DNA of 25,487 nt from Myxococcota bacterium (GTDB taxonomy: Bacteria; Myxococcota_A; UBA796; GCA-2862545), in contig JBCCQY010000136.1 of assembly GCA_039208735.1 (NCBI GenBank), positions 1-25,487 on the forward strand, given 5' to 3'. Made by a program: the position numbers and the translations under genes. Each line of letters opens with the position of its first letter. The stretch's first letter is position 1. The notes under the pieces are model-generated. The model had not been told where the DNA came from. It was given only the letters and a program-made list of their open reading frames with translations, and searched no databases. Below, piece by piece: positions 1 through 8,375 of the stretch.

Positions 1-570
1 ACCATCGAGACCGCCGCAGCCCGTGAAGGCGGTGATGGCACCCAGCAGTCCGAAGCGATGGTTCCCTATGCCACGGCTCCTCAGGTCAACGCCGTGATCG
101 AAGCGGCCATGCCCAATGCGATCGGACCCGAAGGCATCGATGTCGGCGCCATTAAGCTCACGCCGCCCCATCCACGGGCCTTGATTCGGTCGATCGCCGC
201 CTCCACGACCCAGAGTGCCATTTTCGCGGCCGCGGTGACCTGGTGGCTGTTTCCATGGGGAGGGTTGGCCTTCCTCGTGGTGCCCATCGCCATCTTCGCC
301 GCGATCCTCGACCATCGATTCCAAGGATGGGCCGTGGATCGACACCTGATCGTGACGCGACGCGGATATCTCAATCGGCGGACATGGCTTTTGTCGAGGG
401 CCAAGTTGCAGAGTACGGCGGTGGTACAGGGACCCATCTTGCGACGCTACGGACTTGGAGTGCTGCAGGTTCGTGTGGCGGGTAGCCTCGTTGCACTGCC
501 GGCGATGGAGTTTGATCAGGCCCGTGAGCTGCAGATGCGGCTGCTGGCGGATCGGCATCGCACGACGTGA
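1..570 (+). CDS. YdbT-like membrane protein with bacterial PH (bPH_2) domain, 5'-truncated by the window
   Basis: Frame 1 is open from base 1 (TIETAAAREG...) into ORF 58..570. A two-helix hydrophobic hairpin is followed by a bPH_2-like pattern 'GWAVDRHLIVTRRGYLNRRTWLLSRAKLQSTAVVQGPILRRYGLGVLQV'. Confidence 0.75.
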   Translation, partial: TIETAAAREGGDGTQQSEAMVPYATAPQVNAVIEAAMPNAIGPEGIDVGAIKLTPPHPRALIRSIAASTTQSAIFAAAVTWWLFPWGGLAFLVVPIAIFAAILDHRFQGWAVDRHLIVTRRGYLNRRTWLLSRAKLQSTAVVQGPILRRYGLGVLQVRVAGSLVALPAMEFDQARELQMRLLADRHRTT

Positions 571-1724
571 CCGCCACCACCTACACGCTTGAACGGTGCT
601 TGGGCCGTGGTGGCTACGGGGAGGTCTACCTCGCCACCCGACGAACCCCGTCTGGTTTGGTGCATCGCGTGGCCGTCAAGATGCTTCGGGCGGACCTCAC
701 CCGACCGGTGTTGGGGTTGCGACGCATGCGGGACGAAGCCCGGCTGCTCGCCGCGCTCGAACATCCCGTCATCGTGCGGGTGCTTGAGCTGACCCGGTTG
801 GACGGCCGGGTCGCCATCGTGATGGAGCACCTCGAGGGCGTTGATGTGGCCGAGTTTGGCCGGTCCTCCAGATTGCTCCCACGTCGCGTGTTGCTCGATG
901 TGATCAGTGATGTGGCGCACGCCCTGGACCGCGCCTGGAACGCACCTGCGCCGCTCACGGGAGAACCGCTCCGCCTCGTACATCGTGACATCAAGCCGGC
1001 AAACTTGCGCATCACGGTCAACGGCACGGTCAAGCTGCTGGACTTTGGTATCGCGCGTTCTGACACGCTCGATCTCGAGGCCCAGACCTACTCTGGCCAC
1101 TTCGCCATGACACCGGGCTACGCGGCTCCCGAGTCGTTCTTGTCGGCCGAGCAGACGCATGCCACCGACATTTTTGCGCTGACTGCGACGCTGTTCAGAC
1201 TGTGGACAGGCACGAAGCTGTTTGAAAAGCGCACGGTCGCCGAGCAGGCCACCCTGGCCATCGCCCAGCGGCCGTTTGATCGCTTCATCGAGTCCCGCCT
1301 GGCCACGGTCGATGGCCCTGAGTCCTTGAAAACTTTGTTGCGAAATGGCCTTGCGTGGAGTGGGCCTCGGCGACCCACCGGCGTGGAGCTGCAGCAAACG
1401 CTCGAGCCGATGATCGAAGGGCTGCCCGCTCCTGGATTGCGCCGATGGGCCCGCGACCTCGAGTTGCCGCCCGTTCGCGACGCACGAGGCAGCTTGGTAG
1501 GGCTGACCTTGACCGAAGAGGCGCATGTGGCCGTCGAGGACGAGCCCGAGGTGATCGCGGCCTCTGCCACCACCGTGTTGCACCGATCGTCGTCTGCCTC
1601 CCCCGAACCCTCCCGCTGGTCGCTCGCCAGCATCGCCTTGCCCCTGGTCTTGGTGCTGGCGCTGGGTTTTGGACTGGGGGTGTTTGCGTTGATCTTGGGC
1701 GTGATCGGCGTTTTCTTTGGTTAG
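567..1724 (+). CDS. Hanks-type Ser/Thr protein kinase with C-terminal transmembrane helix
   Basis: LGRGGYGEVY, VAVK, HRDIKPAN, DFG, YAAPE and TDIFAL motifs, with a hydrophobic C-terminus. The GTG start overlaps the upstream TGA (GTGA). Confidence 0.93.
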   Translation: MTATTYTLERCLGRGGYGEVYLATRRTPSGLVHRVAVKMLRADLTRPVLGLRRMRDEARLLAALEHPVIVRVLELTRLDGRVAIVMEHLEGVDVAEFGRSSRLLPRRVLLDVISDVAHALDRAWNAPAPLTGEPLRLVHRDIKPANLRITVNGTVKLLDFGIARSDTLDLEAQTYSGHFAMTPGYAAPESFLSAEQTHATDIFALTATLFRLWTGTKLFEKRTVAEQATLAIAQRPFDRFIESRLATVDGPESLKTLLRNGLAWSGPRRPTGVELQQTLEPMIEGLPAPGLRRWARDLELPPVRDARGSLVGLTLTEEAHVAVEDEPEVIAASATTVLHRSSSASPEPSRWSLASIALPLVLVLALGFGLGVFALILGVIGVFFG

Positions 1725-1728
1725 AGCC

Positions 1729-2562
1729 CTACTCCTGGATTCGGGCGCGGTAGTCCGCTCGTTCGTCGTCATCGACCTGGAACACCCGATCGACCCCAAA
1801 CCACTGGCCGAGCTGGCGCACCCACGTGCGCGGCAGCAGAGCGGGCAGCAACGCGGATAGCTGGGCGAACCCAGGCACGAAGGCATGGGTCCTTCCGGTC
1901 TCGAGCACATCGATAACCGCCGCCGCGACCTGCTCTGGGGTCAGGGCGGGCGGGTACCGCATCGCAGAGGCTCCCGCGGTAAGCTCGGTCCTCACGAGGC
2001 CCGGCATCACGTAGCTGATGTCGATGGCAGAACGCTCGTACTCCGCGATGAGGGCATCAGAGAACCCCACCACCGCGTGTTTGGTAGCGCAGTAGACTGC
2101 GCCGCGCGGGGCCACGAACTTGCCGGCGCTGCTCGCCATGTTCACGAGATGCCCCTTTCCGCGCTCTTCGAACACGGGCAAGACCGCCCGAGCCCCGTGC
2201 AGGACTCCCCGCACGTTGATGTCGATCATCCGGTCGTCCATGCGGGCTTCAGTCTCGGCGAATCGACCTACCGCCATGATGCCCGCGTTGTTGATCAGGA
2301 TGTCGAGCGGGCCCAGATCGTGCTGGGTTCGCTCCACGACGGCTCGAAACGCCTCGAGGTCGGTGACGTCGAGCGGGTAGGCCACCACCTCTGCATCGAG
2401 TTCGGCCAACACTGCGTGGGTTTGCTCGAGTGCGGTCGCGTCGATGTCGGTCAGCGCGACCTTCACCCCTCGTTCGATCATCGCGAGTGCGGTGGCCTTG
2501 CCAATCCCGCGGGCGGCCCCGGTGATGAGGGCTACCTGCCCTTCGATGTTTCGACGACCCAT
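1729..2562 (-). CDS. Short-chain dehydrogenase/reductase (classical SDR)
   Basis: TGAARGIG, NNAG, catalytic Ser (ASS) and YCATK (YxxxK). GGAGG RBS upstream of the ATG. Confidence 0.93.
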   Translation of the reverse strand: MGRRNIEGQVALITGAARGIGKATALAMIERGVKVALTDIDATALEQTHAVLAELDAEVVAYPLDVTDLEAFRAVVERTQHDLGPLDILINNAGIMAVGRFAETEARMDDRMIDINVRGVLHGARAVLPVFEERGKGHLVNMASSAGKFVAPRGAVYCATKHAVVGFSDALIAEYERSAIDISYVMPGLVRTELTAGASAMRYPPALTPEQVAAAVIDVLETGRTHAFVPGFAQLSALLPALLPRTWVRQLGQWFGVDRVFQVDDDERADYRARIQE

Positions 2563-2577
2563 GCAGGTTTCCTCCGT

Positions 2578-3276
2578 TCAGACGATCGATCGCGTAGTGG
2601 ACAAGTCGAGCAACGTGACGCCGGCGTCGCGCAACACCCGCTCGGTGAGGGGCGTCCAGGCCCTACTTCGGTCGAGGAGGGCCGCATCGGCGCTCGCAAG
2701 GACTCCTTCGGCCTCCAACAACGCCGCGTCGGCCCGGGCCTCGAGGTCCACCTGGCAGGGAATATGGTGAGCATTGCAGGTTCGGCGAACAAAATCCGCG
2801 AGCCGTCCTGAGTTGGAGATCGGGGCGTCCAAGATCCAATGGGCGAACGCCACCCCTTGCAGTGCGTTGCACAGACGGTCGAGGGCTTGGGAGGTCCCTT
2901 CGGTGCGCCGCCAGGTCCCATGCACGCTGGCCACGTCGCGCACTGCGGTGTCTTGTCCGATGAACGCCGTGCCCCCGGCCAGCGCTCGCTCGGTGGTGAC
3001 GAGCTGATTGAATCCGTCGATTTTCACGCGAAGTCCAGCGATGCGCTCGGTCCGACGGGCTCGTCGACGTTCGGCGACACGTGGCGGGCAGGCGGCCCGG
3101 CGAATCGCCATGCGCTGTCGCTTGGTGAACTGAAAGCGGTCACCAACAAGCTTGACTGCAGCGATTTCCGCGTAGCCTCTGGCCAACAGCCACGACAGGT
3201 CGCGCACCGCGATCCGAAGCGCGGGCCAATGCCGTGGGGCGAAGTCGACGGCATCTCGGGGATCGGCTCCGGCCAA
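2578..3276 (-). CDS. DUF434-family protein with C-terminal PIN-like domain
   Basis: N-terminal 'DLSWLLARGY...VGDRFQFTKRQRMAIRRAAC' is recognised as DUF434. C-terminal motifs IDGFN, LDAPISNSGRL, AD and SADAALLD. TTG start with AGGAG 5 nt upstream. Confidence 0.8.
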   Translation of the reverse strand: MAGADPRDAVDFAPRHWPALRIAVRDLSWLLARGYAEIAAVKLVGDRFQFTKRQRMAIRRAACPPRVAERRRARRTERIAGLRVKIDGFNQLVTTERALAGGTAFIGQDTAVRDVASVHGTWRRTEGTSQALDRLCNALQGVAFAHWILDAPISNSGRLADFVRRTCNAHHIPCQVDLEARADAALLEAEGVLASADAALLDRSRAWTPLTERVLRDAGVTLLDLSTTRSIV

Positions 3277-3324
3277 CAGGACTCCTGAGTTGCTGTCGGT
3301 GAAGACCGAGCTTATCGCGACGCG

Positions 3325-4068
3325 ATGAGCACTTCCGATCCGTCCTCCTCTCCTGGCTGGCTCGACCCCGATGATCCGCGGCTCCCCAGTCGGCCACTAT
3401 GGGGCATTGCCCTTGCGTTGCTGCCGGTCATTGGCGTGTTTTTAGTCGTGGTGGCCTACGCGGTCATCGTGGGCCTCGGAACGTCGGCTCGCTCGCTAGA
3501 AGGCGCCGAAGTCACCTGGCGTTTCGAAGGGTGCGAGGCAGCTCAGCCCTTGCTCGAGGCTCGTCTGGACGAAGTCGGACTGCCGGCGACGTGGACGGCG
3601 GTCGATGGTGGCTACACCGTAAAAACCCAGCTCACGGGCAACCCGGTCGTGGATGACACGCTGCCTGGCACGCTCACCACTCCCGCGGCCCTCGAAGTGC
3701 GAGCCGGTGATGAGGTGCTCGCCACTTCAGCCGACGTGGTCGATGCAGGTCCAAGGGCCGACATCTTCATGGTGCCTTATGTGCTGCTACGGCTTGATGA
3801 CGACGCTGGTGAGCGCATCAAGAACCATGTGCGGTCCGACCCAAAAGGTCGCATGACATTTCACGTTGATGGGAAGTCCATCGGTTGGCAGAGCAACACC
3901 AACCCGGTGAGCGTGGGGGAACTCGAGATCAACCTCACCCTCGAGGGCGATGAAGAAGCTCGCATGCATGCCGTCGCGGCTTGGTCGGTCACGCTTGACC
4001 ACGGGCCGTTGCCCTGCCCCGTGACCTTTGCGGGCCCTACAGCGGCGCCGGCTCCAGGCCCAGGCTGA
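3325..4068 (+). CDS. Single-pass membrane protein resembling SecD TM1 plus the periplasmic P1 (base+head) domain only
   Basis: One N-terminal TM helix. The segments 'LEARLDEVGL', 'TTPAALEVR', 'TSADVVDA', 'VLLRLDDDAG', 'MTFHVDG' and 'GPLPCP' parallel SecD P1 motifs in order. No further TM helices. Confidence 0.6.
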   Translation: MSTSDPSSSPGWLDPDDPRLPSRPLWGIALALLPVIGVFLVVVAYAVIVGLGTSARSLEGAEVTWRFEGCEAAQPLLEARLDEVGLPATWTAVDGGYTVKTQLTGNPVVDDTLPGTLTTPAALEVRAGDEVLATSADVVDAGPRADIFMVPYVLLRLDDDAGERIKNHVRSDPKGRMTFHVDGKSIGWQSNTNPVSVGELEINLTLEGDEEARMHAVAAWSVTLDHGPLPCPVTFAGPTAAPAPGPG

Positions 4069-5596
4069 CGACCAATCCGGGGAATGACGCGGCGCTGCGC
4101 CAACTTTCGAGTTCGCGACCTAGCTCGTCTTGGTGTTCTTCGAGGCTGATGATGGCTCGGCCGACGACCGCGGCATTCTTGGGGGCAAGCTCGGCCGTTC
4201 GTTCGCGTTTCAGTGCGTCGATGTAGGCGGTCGACGCGTCGAGGGACGCCCGGGGGGTGCGCGCGTCCATGAGTTGCTGGAAGTGAGGTTCTACGCGACC
4301 AGTGGCACCTTCGCCGAGCACGTCGACCACGGAGCTGTGCGAGACCGCCGCATCGACCAGCATCTGATGGGCCATCCATGACCTGGCCTGGTGCATCCGC
4401 ATCGAAACCGTGTCGTAGGTCACCACGCAGGCGAAGATTCCGATGACCGCGCTCACCACGATCAACGGACGAGTCCGGGGAGAGCCGTCTTCGAAATCCG
4501 CTTCGCTCGAATGCTGAAGGATCAGGTTCGCCCGACGGCGCGTGCCGCGCGACGGAGGGGTGAACCCAGGCGCTGGCGAGCGGCTCTGGAGCCCCGGAGG
4601 CGGGGTTGGGGGCACGGAGCCAGGAGCCGGAGGCGCGCTGGCCAACCCATTGGACGAAGAACTGTGGCTGTCGCGGGTGACGGACAGCCGCGTGTTTCGC
4701 GTCGAATCGTAGGGGGCCGGCGGCTCGGGCGGCAGGTTCGGCGACAACCCCGGAGCATGCGGCGGCAACGCGGGAAGCGCGTCCTTGAGATCGAAGAGGA
4801 CCTTCGCCAGTTCCTGGACGGTTTGGTAGCGCTCTTCGGGCCGGAATCGGGTGGACTGGATGACGACAGGCAACAGTTCGGGGTGAATCCCTTCTGTCAG
4901 CCCAGGATCCTGGTCGACGGCGAACAAGTTCGTGTCGACGCGACCCGTCAACAACGTGTAAAGCGTCGCTCCGATGCCGTAGATGTCGGTGCGGATGTCG
5001 GCTGCCTTTCCGTCTTGGAGCTGCTCGGGTGCCATATAGCCCCGGGTTCCTGCGACATTGACCGCCGTATTGTGATGGGTCTTGGTCCAATCGGGGACGT
5101 CGGTGGTGCCGTCTTGCCGCACGATCTGAGCGATGCCGAAGTCGGTCACCTTGCACAGTCCTCGGCGATTCAGCAGGATGTTGTGCGGTTTGATGTCGCG
5201 GTGGACCACGCCCATCTTGTGGGCCGCACCGATGCCCTTGCTGATCTGAATCGCCACGTCGACCGCGAGCAGGGGGCTCATTGGGCCATTGCGTTCAACC
5301 CAATCGCGAAGTGAGCCGCCCTCGGCAATCTCCATCACCAAGAACGGCTGTTTGGTATCGTCGACAAGGTCCCACGCCTCGATGACGTTGCGGTGATTGA
5401 GTGTAATCACCGTGTGGCCTTCATCGATGAAGCGTCGTCGCGAAGCCTTTTTTAAGGCGTACTTCTCGAAGAGAACCTTGAGGGCACACCAGCGTTCGGC
5501 ATGGTTATCCCAGGCGCGAAACACCTTGGCCGTGCCACCCTCGCCCAACAGCTCGGTGGCCACGTACCTCTCGGAGCCGTCCCGGGATTGGGCCAT
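4037..5596 (-). CDS. Hanks-type Ser/Thr protein kinase with Pro/Ser linker, TM helix and C-terminal helical domain
   Basis: LGEGGTAKVF, ALK, HRDIKPHN, DFG, GTRGYMAPE and TDIYGIG motifs; TM 'LIVVSAVIGIFACVV'. ATG at 5596 with GGGGAG upstream is preferred over TTG at 5650. The 3' end overlaps the convergent gene by 32 nt. Confidence 0.93.
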   Translation of the reverse strand: MAQSRDGSERYVATELLGEGGTAKVFRAWDNHAERWCALKVLFEKYALKKASRRRFIDEGHTVITLNHRNVIEAWDLVDDTKQPFLVMEIAEGGSLRDWVERNGPMSPLLAVDVAIQISKGIGAAHKMGVVHRDIKPHNILLNRRGLCKVTDFGIAQIVRQDGTTDVPDWTKTHHNTAVNVAGTRGYMAPEQLQDGKAADIRTDIYGIGATLYTLLTGRVDTNLFAVDQDPGLTEGIHPELLPVVIQSTRFRPEERYQTVQELAKVLFDLKDALPALPPHAPGLSPNLPPEPPAPYDSTRNTRLSVTRDSHSSSSNGLASAPPAPGSVPPTPPPGLQSRSPAPGFTPPSRGTRRRANLILQHSSEADFEDGSPRTRPLIVVSAVIGIFACVVTYDTVSMRMHQARSWMAHQMLVDAAVSHSSVVDVLGEGATGRVEPHFQQLMDARTPRASLDASTAYIDALKRERTAELAPKNAAVVGRAIISLEEHQDELGRELESWRSAASFPGLVVSLGLEPAPL

Positions 5597-5646
5597 GGAC
5601 AATGAAGCTCCCCGCGTGCCGAAGCCACCGCACTCTATCTCGAAGT

Positions 5647-8271
5647 TCAACCATCGGCAGCTGCGGCCCCTGGCTCAACCCATGAACCTGCGACACGTTC
5701 GAATGCGAGTACACCGTCTTGCACCCGAACCATCACGGCGTCACCCTTGGTGAACAGTCCCTCAATGATTGAGGAGGAAAGCGGATCGAGGAGCTGCTGG
5801 GTGAGGACTTGCTTGAGCGGTCGTGCGCCGAACGCCGGGTCGTAGCCCGCCTCCGCAAGGAGATCGCGAGCTTCGTCGGTCAGTTCCAGCGTGAGTTCTC
5901 GGGCCTCGAGCAGCTTCCGGATGCGGCCGAGCTGAATCTCGAGAATGGCTTTCATGTTGGACTGCTTGAGGCCATCGAACACGATGCGATTGTCGATTCG
6001 GGCGAGAAACTCGGGGCGCAGGTGCTGCAGAAGCTCGGCTTCCACCGCAGCCACCGCCTTTTGTCGATCCCCTCGGGCCTCGAGGATGCGATGGGATCCA
6101 ATGTTGCTCGTCATGATGACGACCGTGTTTTTGAAGTCGACGGTCCGACCTCGGCTGTCGGTGAGGCGGCCATCGTCAAGCAACTGGAGCAGCACCGTGA
6201 GCACATCGGGGTGGGCCTTCTCAATCTCATCGAGCAAGATGACCGCATAGGGACGTCGACGAACCGCCTCGGTGAGCTGCCCGCCTTCATCGTGACCGAT
6301 GTAGCCGGGAGGCGCTCCGATCAACCGGGCCACCGAGTGCTTCTCCATGTACTCGGACATGTCGACCCGCACGATGGCTTGGTCGTCGTCGAATAAAAAG
6401 GACGCCAGCGCCTTGGCAAGTTCCGTCTTGCCCACGCCCGTGGGGCCGAGGAAAAGGAAGCTGCCGATGGGGCGATTGACATCTTGCAGCCCTGCTCGAG
6501 CCCGCCGCACGGCCCGGCTCACCGCCACCACAGCTTCATCCTGGCCGACCACGCGACTGTGTAGGTTGTCCTCCATCTTCAACAGACGGTCCATCTCGGA
6601 CTGCTTCAGCCGATTCACGGGAACGCCGGTCCACCCGCTGACCACGCGAGCGATGTCGTCTTCGCCCACCACCTCGGAAAGGATGGCGCCATCGGTCTGC
6701 ATCTGGGCCAGCTCGATCTTGATCTGCTCGAGCTGACGTTGGGTTTCGGGAATCTCCCCGTGGCGAATCCGGCTCGCACGCTCGAAGTCGCCGGCCTTCT
6801 GGGCGCGCTCCGACTCAAACGAAAGCTGTTCGACGCGCTCCTTCAGCTGGCCGAGCTGTTCAATGTGCGCCTTTTCTCGCTGCCATCGACCAGTGAGGCT
6901 GTCGAGCTGGGCCTGTAGCTCGGCAATCTCAGCCTCGGTGCTGCTTGCGCGTTCCTGGCTGTTCCGGTCGCCGGCCTCCGCATCCCGATTGATCGAGACC
7001 AAATCCACCTGCAAGCTTGCGATGCGCCGTTCAAGGCGGTCGATGTCGGCCGGCTTGCTTTCGATTTCCATCTTGATGCGGCTCGCTGCCTCGTCGATGA
7101 GGTCGATCGCCTTGTCGGGCAGCTGGCGGTCCGTGATGTAGCGATCCGAGAGCACCGCAGCGGCCACGGCGGCTTCGTCGGTGATCTGGATGCCGTGGTG
7201 GGCCTCGTACTTCTCCTTGATCCCTCGAAGGATCTGGATCGTGGACGCCACGCTCGGCTCATTGACGACAACAGGCTGGAACCGTCGCTCCAACGCTTTG
7301 TCCTTTTCGAGGTGCTTGCGATACTCGTCGAGGGTGGTGGCCCCGATGGTGCGCAGTCGGCCTCGTGCGAGGGCCGGCTTCAGCATGTTGCCCGCATCCA
7401 TCGACCCTTCGGTTTTGCCGGCTCCCACGAGCGTATGCAGCTCGTCGATGAACAGGATGATCCGGCCTTCGGCGGCGTCGATTTCGGACAGGACGGCCTT
7501 GAGCCGCTCCTCAAACTCTCCGCGGTACTTTGCCCCGGCGAGCAACGCAGGAAGGTCAAGGGCGAGGACGCGCTTGCCTTTGAGTGAATCCGGGACGTCG
7601 CCATCGGCGACCCGCTGGGCGATACCCTCGACGATAGCCGTTTTCCCAACACCGGGATCCCCGATGAGTACCGGGTTGTTCTTCGTACGACGGGAGAGCA
7701 CCTGCAGCGCGCGACGAATCTCTTCATCGCGGCCGATGACGGGGTCAAGATGCCCTTGCTCGGCCTCTGAGGTCATGTCCACGGTGTACTTATCGAGAGC
7801 CTCGTACTGGGCTTCGGGGTTTTCATCGGTCACCCGACGTCCACCGCGAATGTGCTGAATGGCCGGCTGCAGCCGTTCCTGGGAAAACCCAAGATTGCGC
7901 AACGCCTGGCCGGTTCGCGACGAACTTTGGGCGAGGGCGGCAAACAGCACCTCGGCTGAGATATGGGAGTCGCCGCGCTGTTTGGTATCGCTGCGGGCCG
8001 CTTCGACCACCATGTCTGCGTCGCGGGACAAGCGGGGGCTGCTGCCGCCGCTCACCTTGCTGTAGGAGTCGACGAGGGTGGCGGCTTCTCGAGCGATCGC
8101 TTGAGGAGGCACGCCGACGAAGTTGGCGATCCGCTCAACAACACTCTCTTCCTGGGTGAGGAGGGTGGTGAGCAGGTGCCCGGGTCGAATTTCAGGGTTG
8201 CCCAGCCGATTCGCGAGACGCTCCGCCTCTGCGATGGCCTCTCGGGCCTTGACGGTGAATTTGAATTGCAT
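5647..8271 (-). CDS. clpB: ATP-dependent disaggregase ClpB
   Basis: Clp N-domain, LDPVIGR, Walker A GDPGVGKT and [19 protein letters not shown], long coiled-coil M-domain, GARPL. ATG at 8271 is preceded by AAGGAAG. Confidence 0.97.
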   Translation of the reverse strand: MQFKFTVKAREAIAEAERLANRLGNPEIRPGHLLTTLLTQEESVVERIANFVGVPPQAIAREAATLVDSYSKVSGGSSPRLSRDADMVVEAARSDTKQRGDSHISAEVLFAALAQSSSRTGQALRNLGFSQERLQPAIQHIRGGRRVTDENPEAQYEALDKYTVDMTSEAEQGHLDPVIGRDEEIRRALQVLSRRTKNNPVLIGDPGVGKTAIVEGIAQRVADGDVPDSLKGKRVLALDLPALLAGAKYRGEFEERLKAVLSEIDAAEGRIILFIDELHTLVGAGKTEGSMDAGNMLKPALARGRLRTIGATTLDEYRKHLEKDKALERRFQPVVVNEPSVASTIQILRGIKEKYEAHHGIQITDEAAVAAAVLSDRYITDRQLPDKAIDLIDEAASRIKMEIESKPADIDRLERRIASLQVDLVSINRDAEAGDRNSQERASSTEAEIAELQAQLDSLTGRWQREKAHIEQLGQLKERVEQLSFESERAQKAGDFERASRIRHGEIPETQRQLEQIKIELAQMQTDGAILSEVVGEDDIARVVSGWTGVPVNRLKQSEMDRLLKMEDNLHSRVVGQDEAVVAVSRAVRRARAGLQDVNRPIGSFLFLGPTGVGKTELAKALASFLFDDDQAIVRVDMSEYMEKHSVARLIGAPPGYIGHDEGGQLTEAVRRRPYAVILLDEIEKAHPDVLTVLLQLLDDGRLTDSRGRTVDFKNTVVIMTSNIGSHRILEARGDRQKAVAAVEAELLQHLRPEFLARIDNRIVFDGLKQSNMKAILEIQLGRIRKLLEARELTLELTDEARDLLAEAGYDPAFGARPLKQVLTQQLLDPLSSSIIEGLFTKGDAVMVRVQDGVLAFERVAGSWVEPGAAAADG

Positions 8272-8344
8272 CGTGGCTTCCTTGGGCAAGGAGCCTCCCG
8301 GCGCCGCAACAAAGCAGCAAGCACGGTGGCTCCGGGCTCAAGGA

Positions 8345-8374
8345 AAATGTGTGCACGCATGCTCGATGTTCAAG
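8345..8374 (-). promoter_or_regulatory. Possible sigma32/RpoH-like heat-shock promoter of clpB
   Basis: Minus strand CTTGAA-N16-ACACATTT versus consensus CTTGAA-N13-17-CCCCATNT. The -35 is exact, the -10 has two mismatches, and it lies about 75 nt upstream of clpB. Confidence 0.3.
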
Positions 8375-8375
8375 C

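Noticed and set aside
3314..3326. ATCGCG-A-CGCGAT palindrome at the start of the SecD-like gene
   Set aside because: Short and CG-repeat-rich, so likely by chance at this composition; no supporting context.
8280..8375. CIRCE, HAIR or sigma54 element upstream of clpB
   Set aside because: Only a CTTGAG half-site is present, and the sigma54-like AGCCACCGTGCTTGCT lacks the invariant GG.
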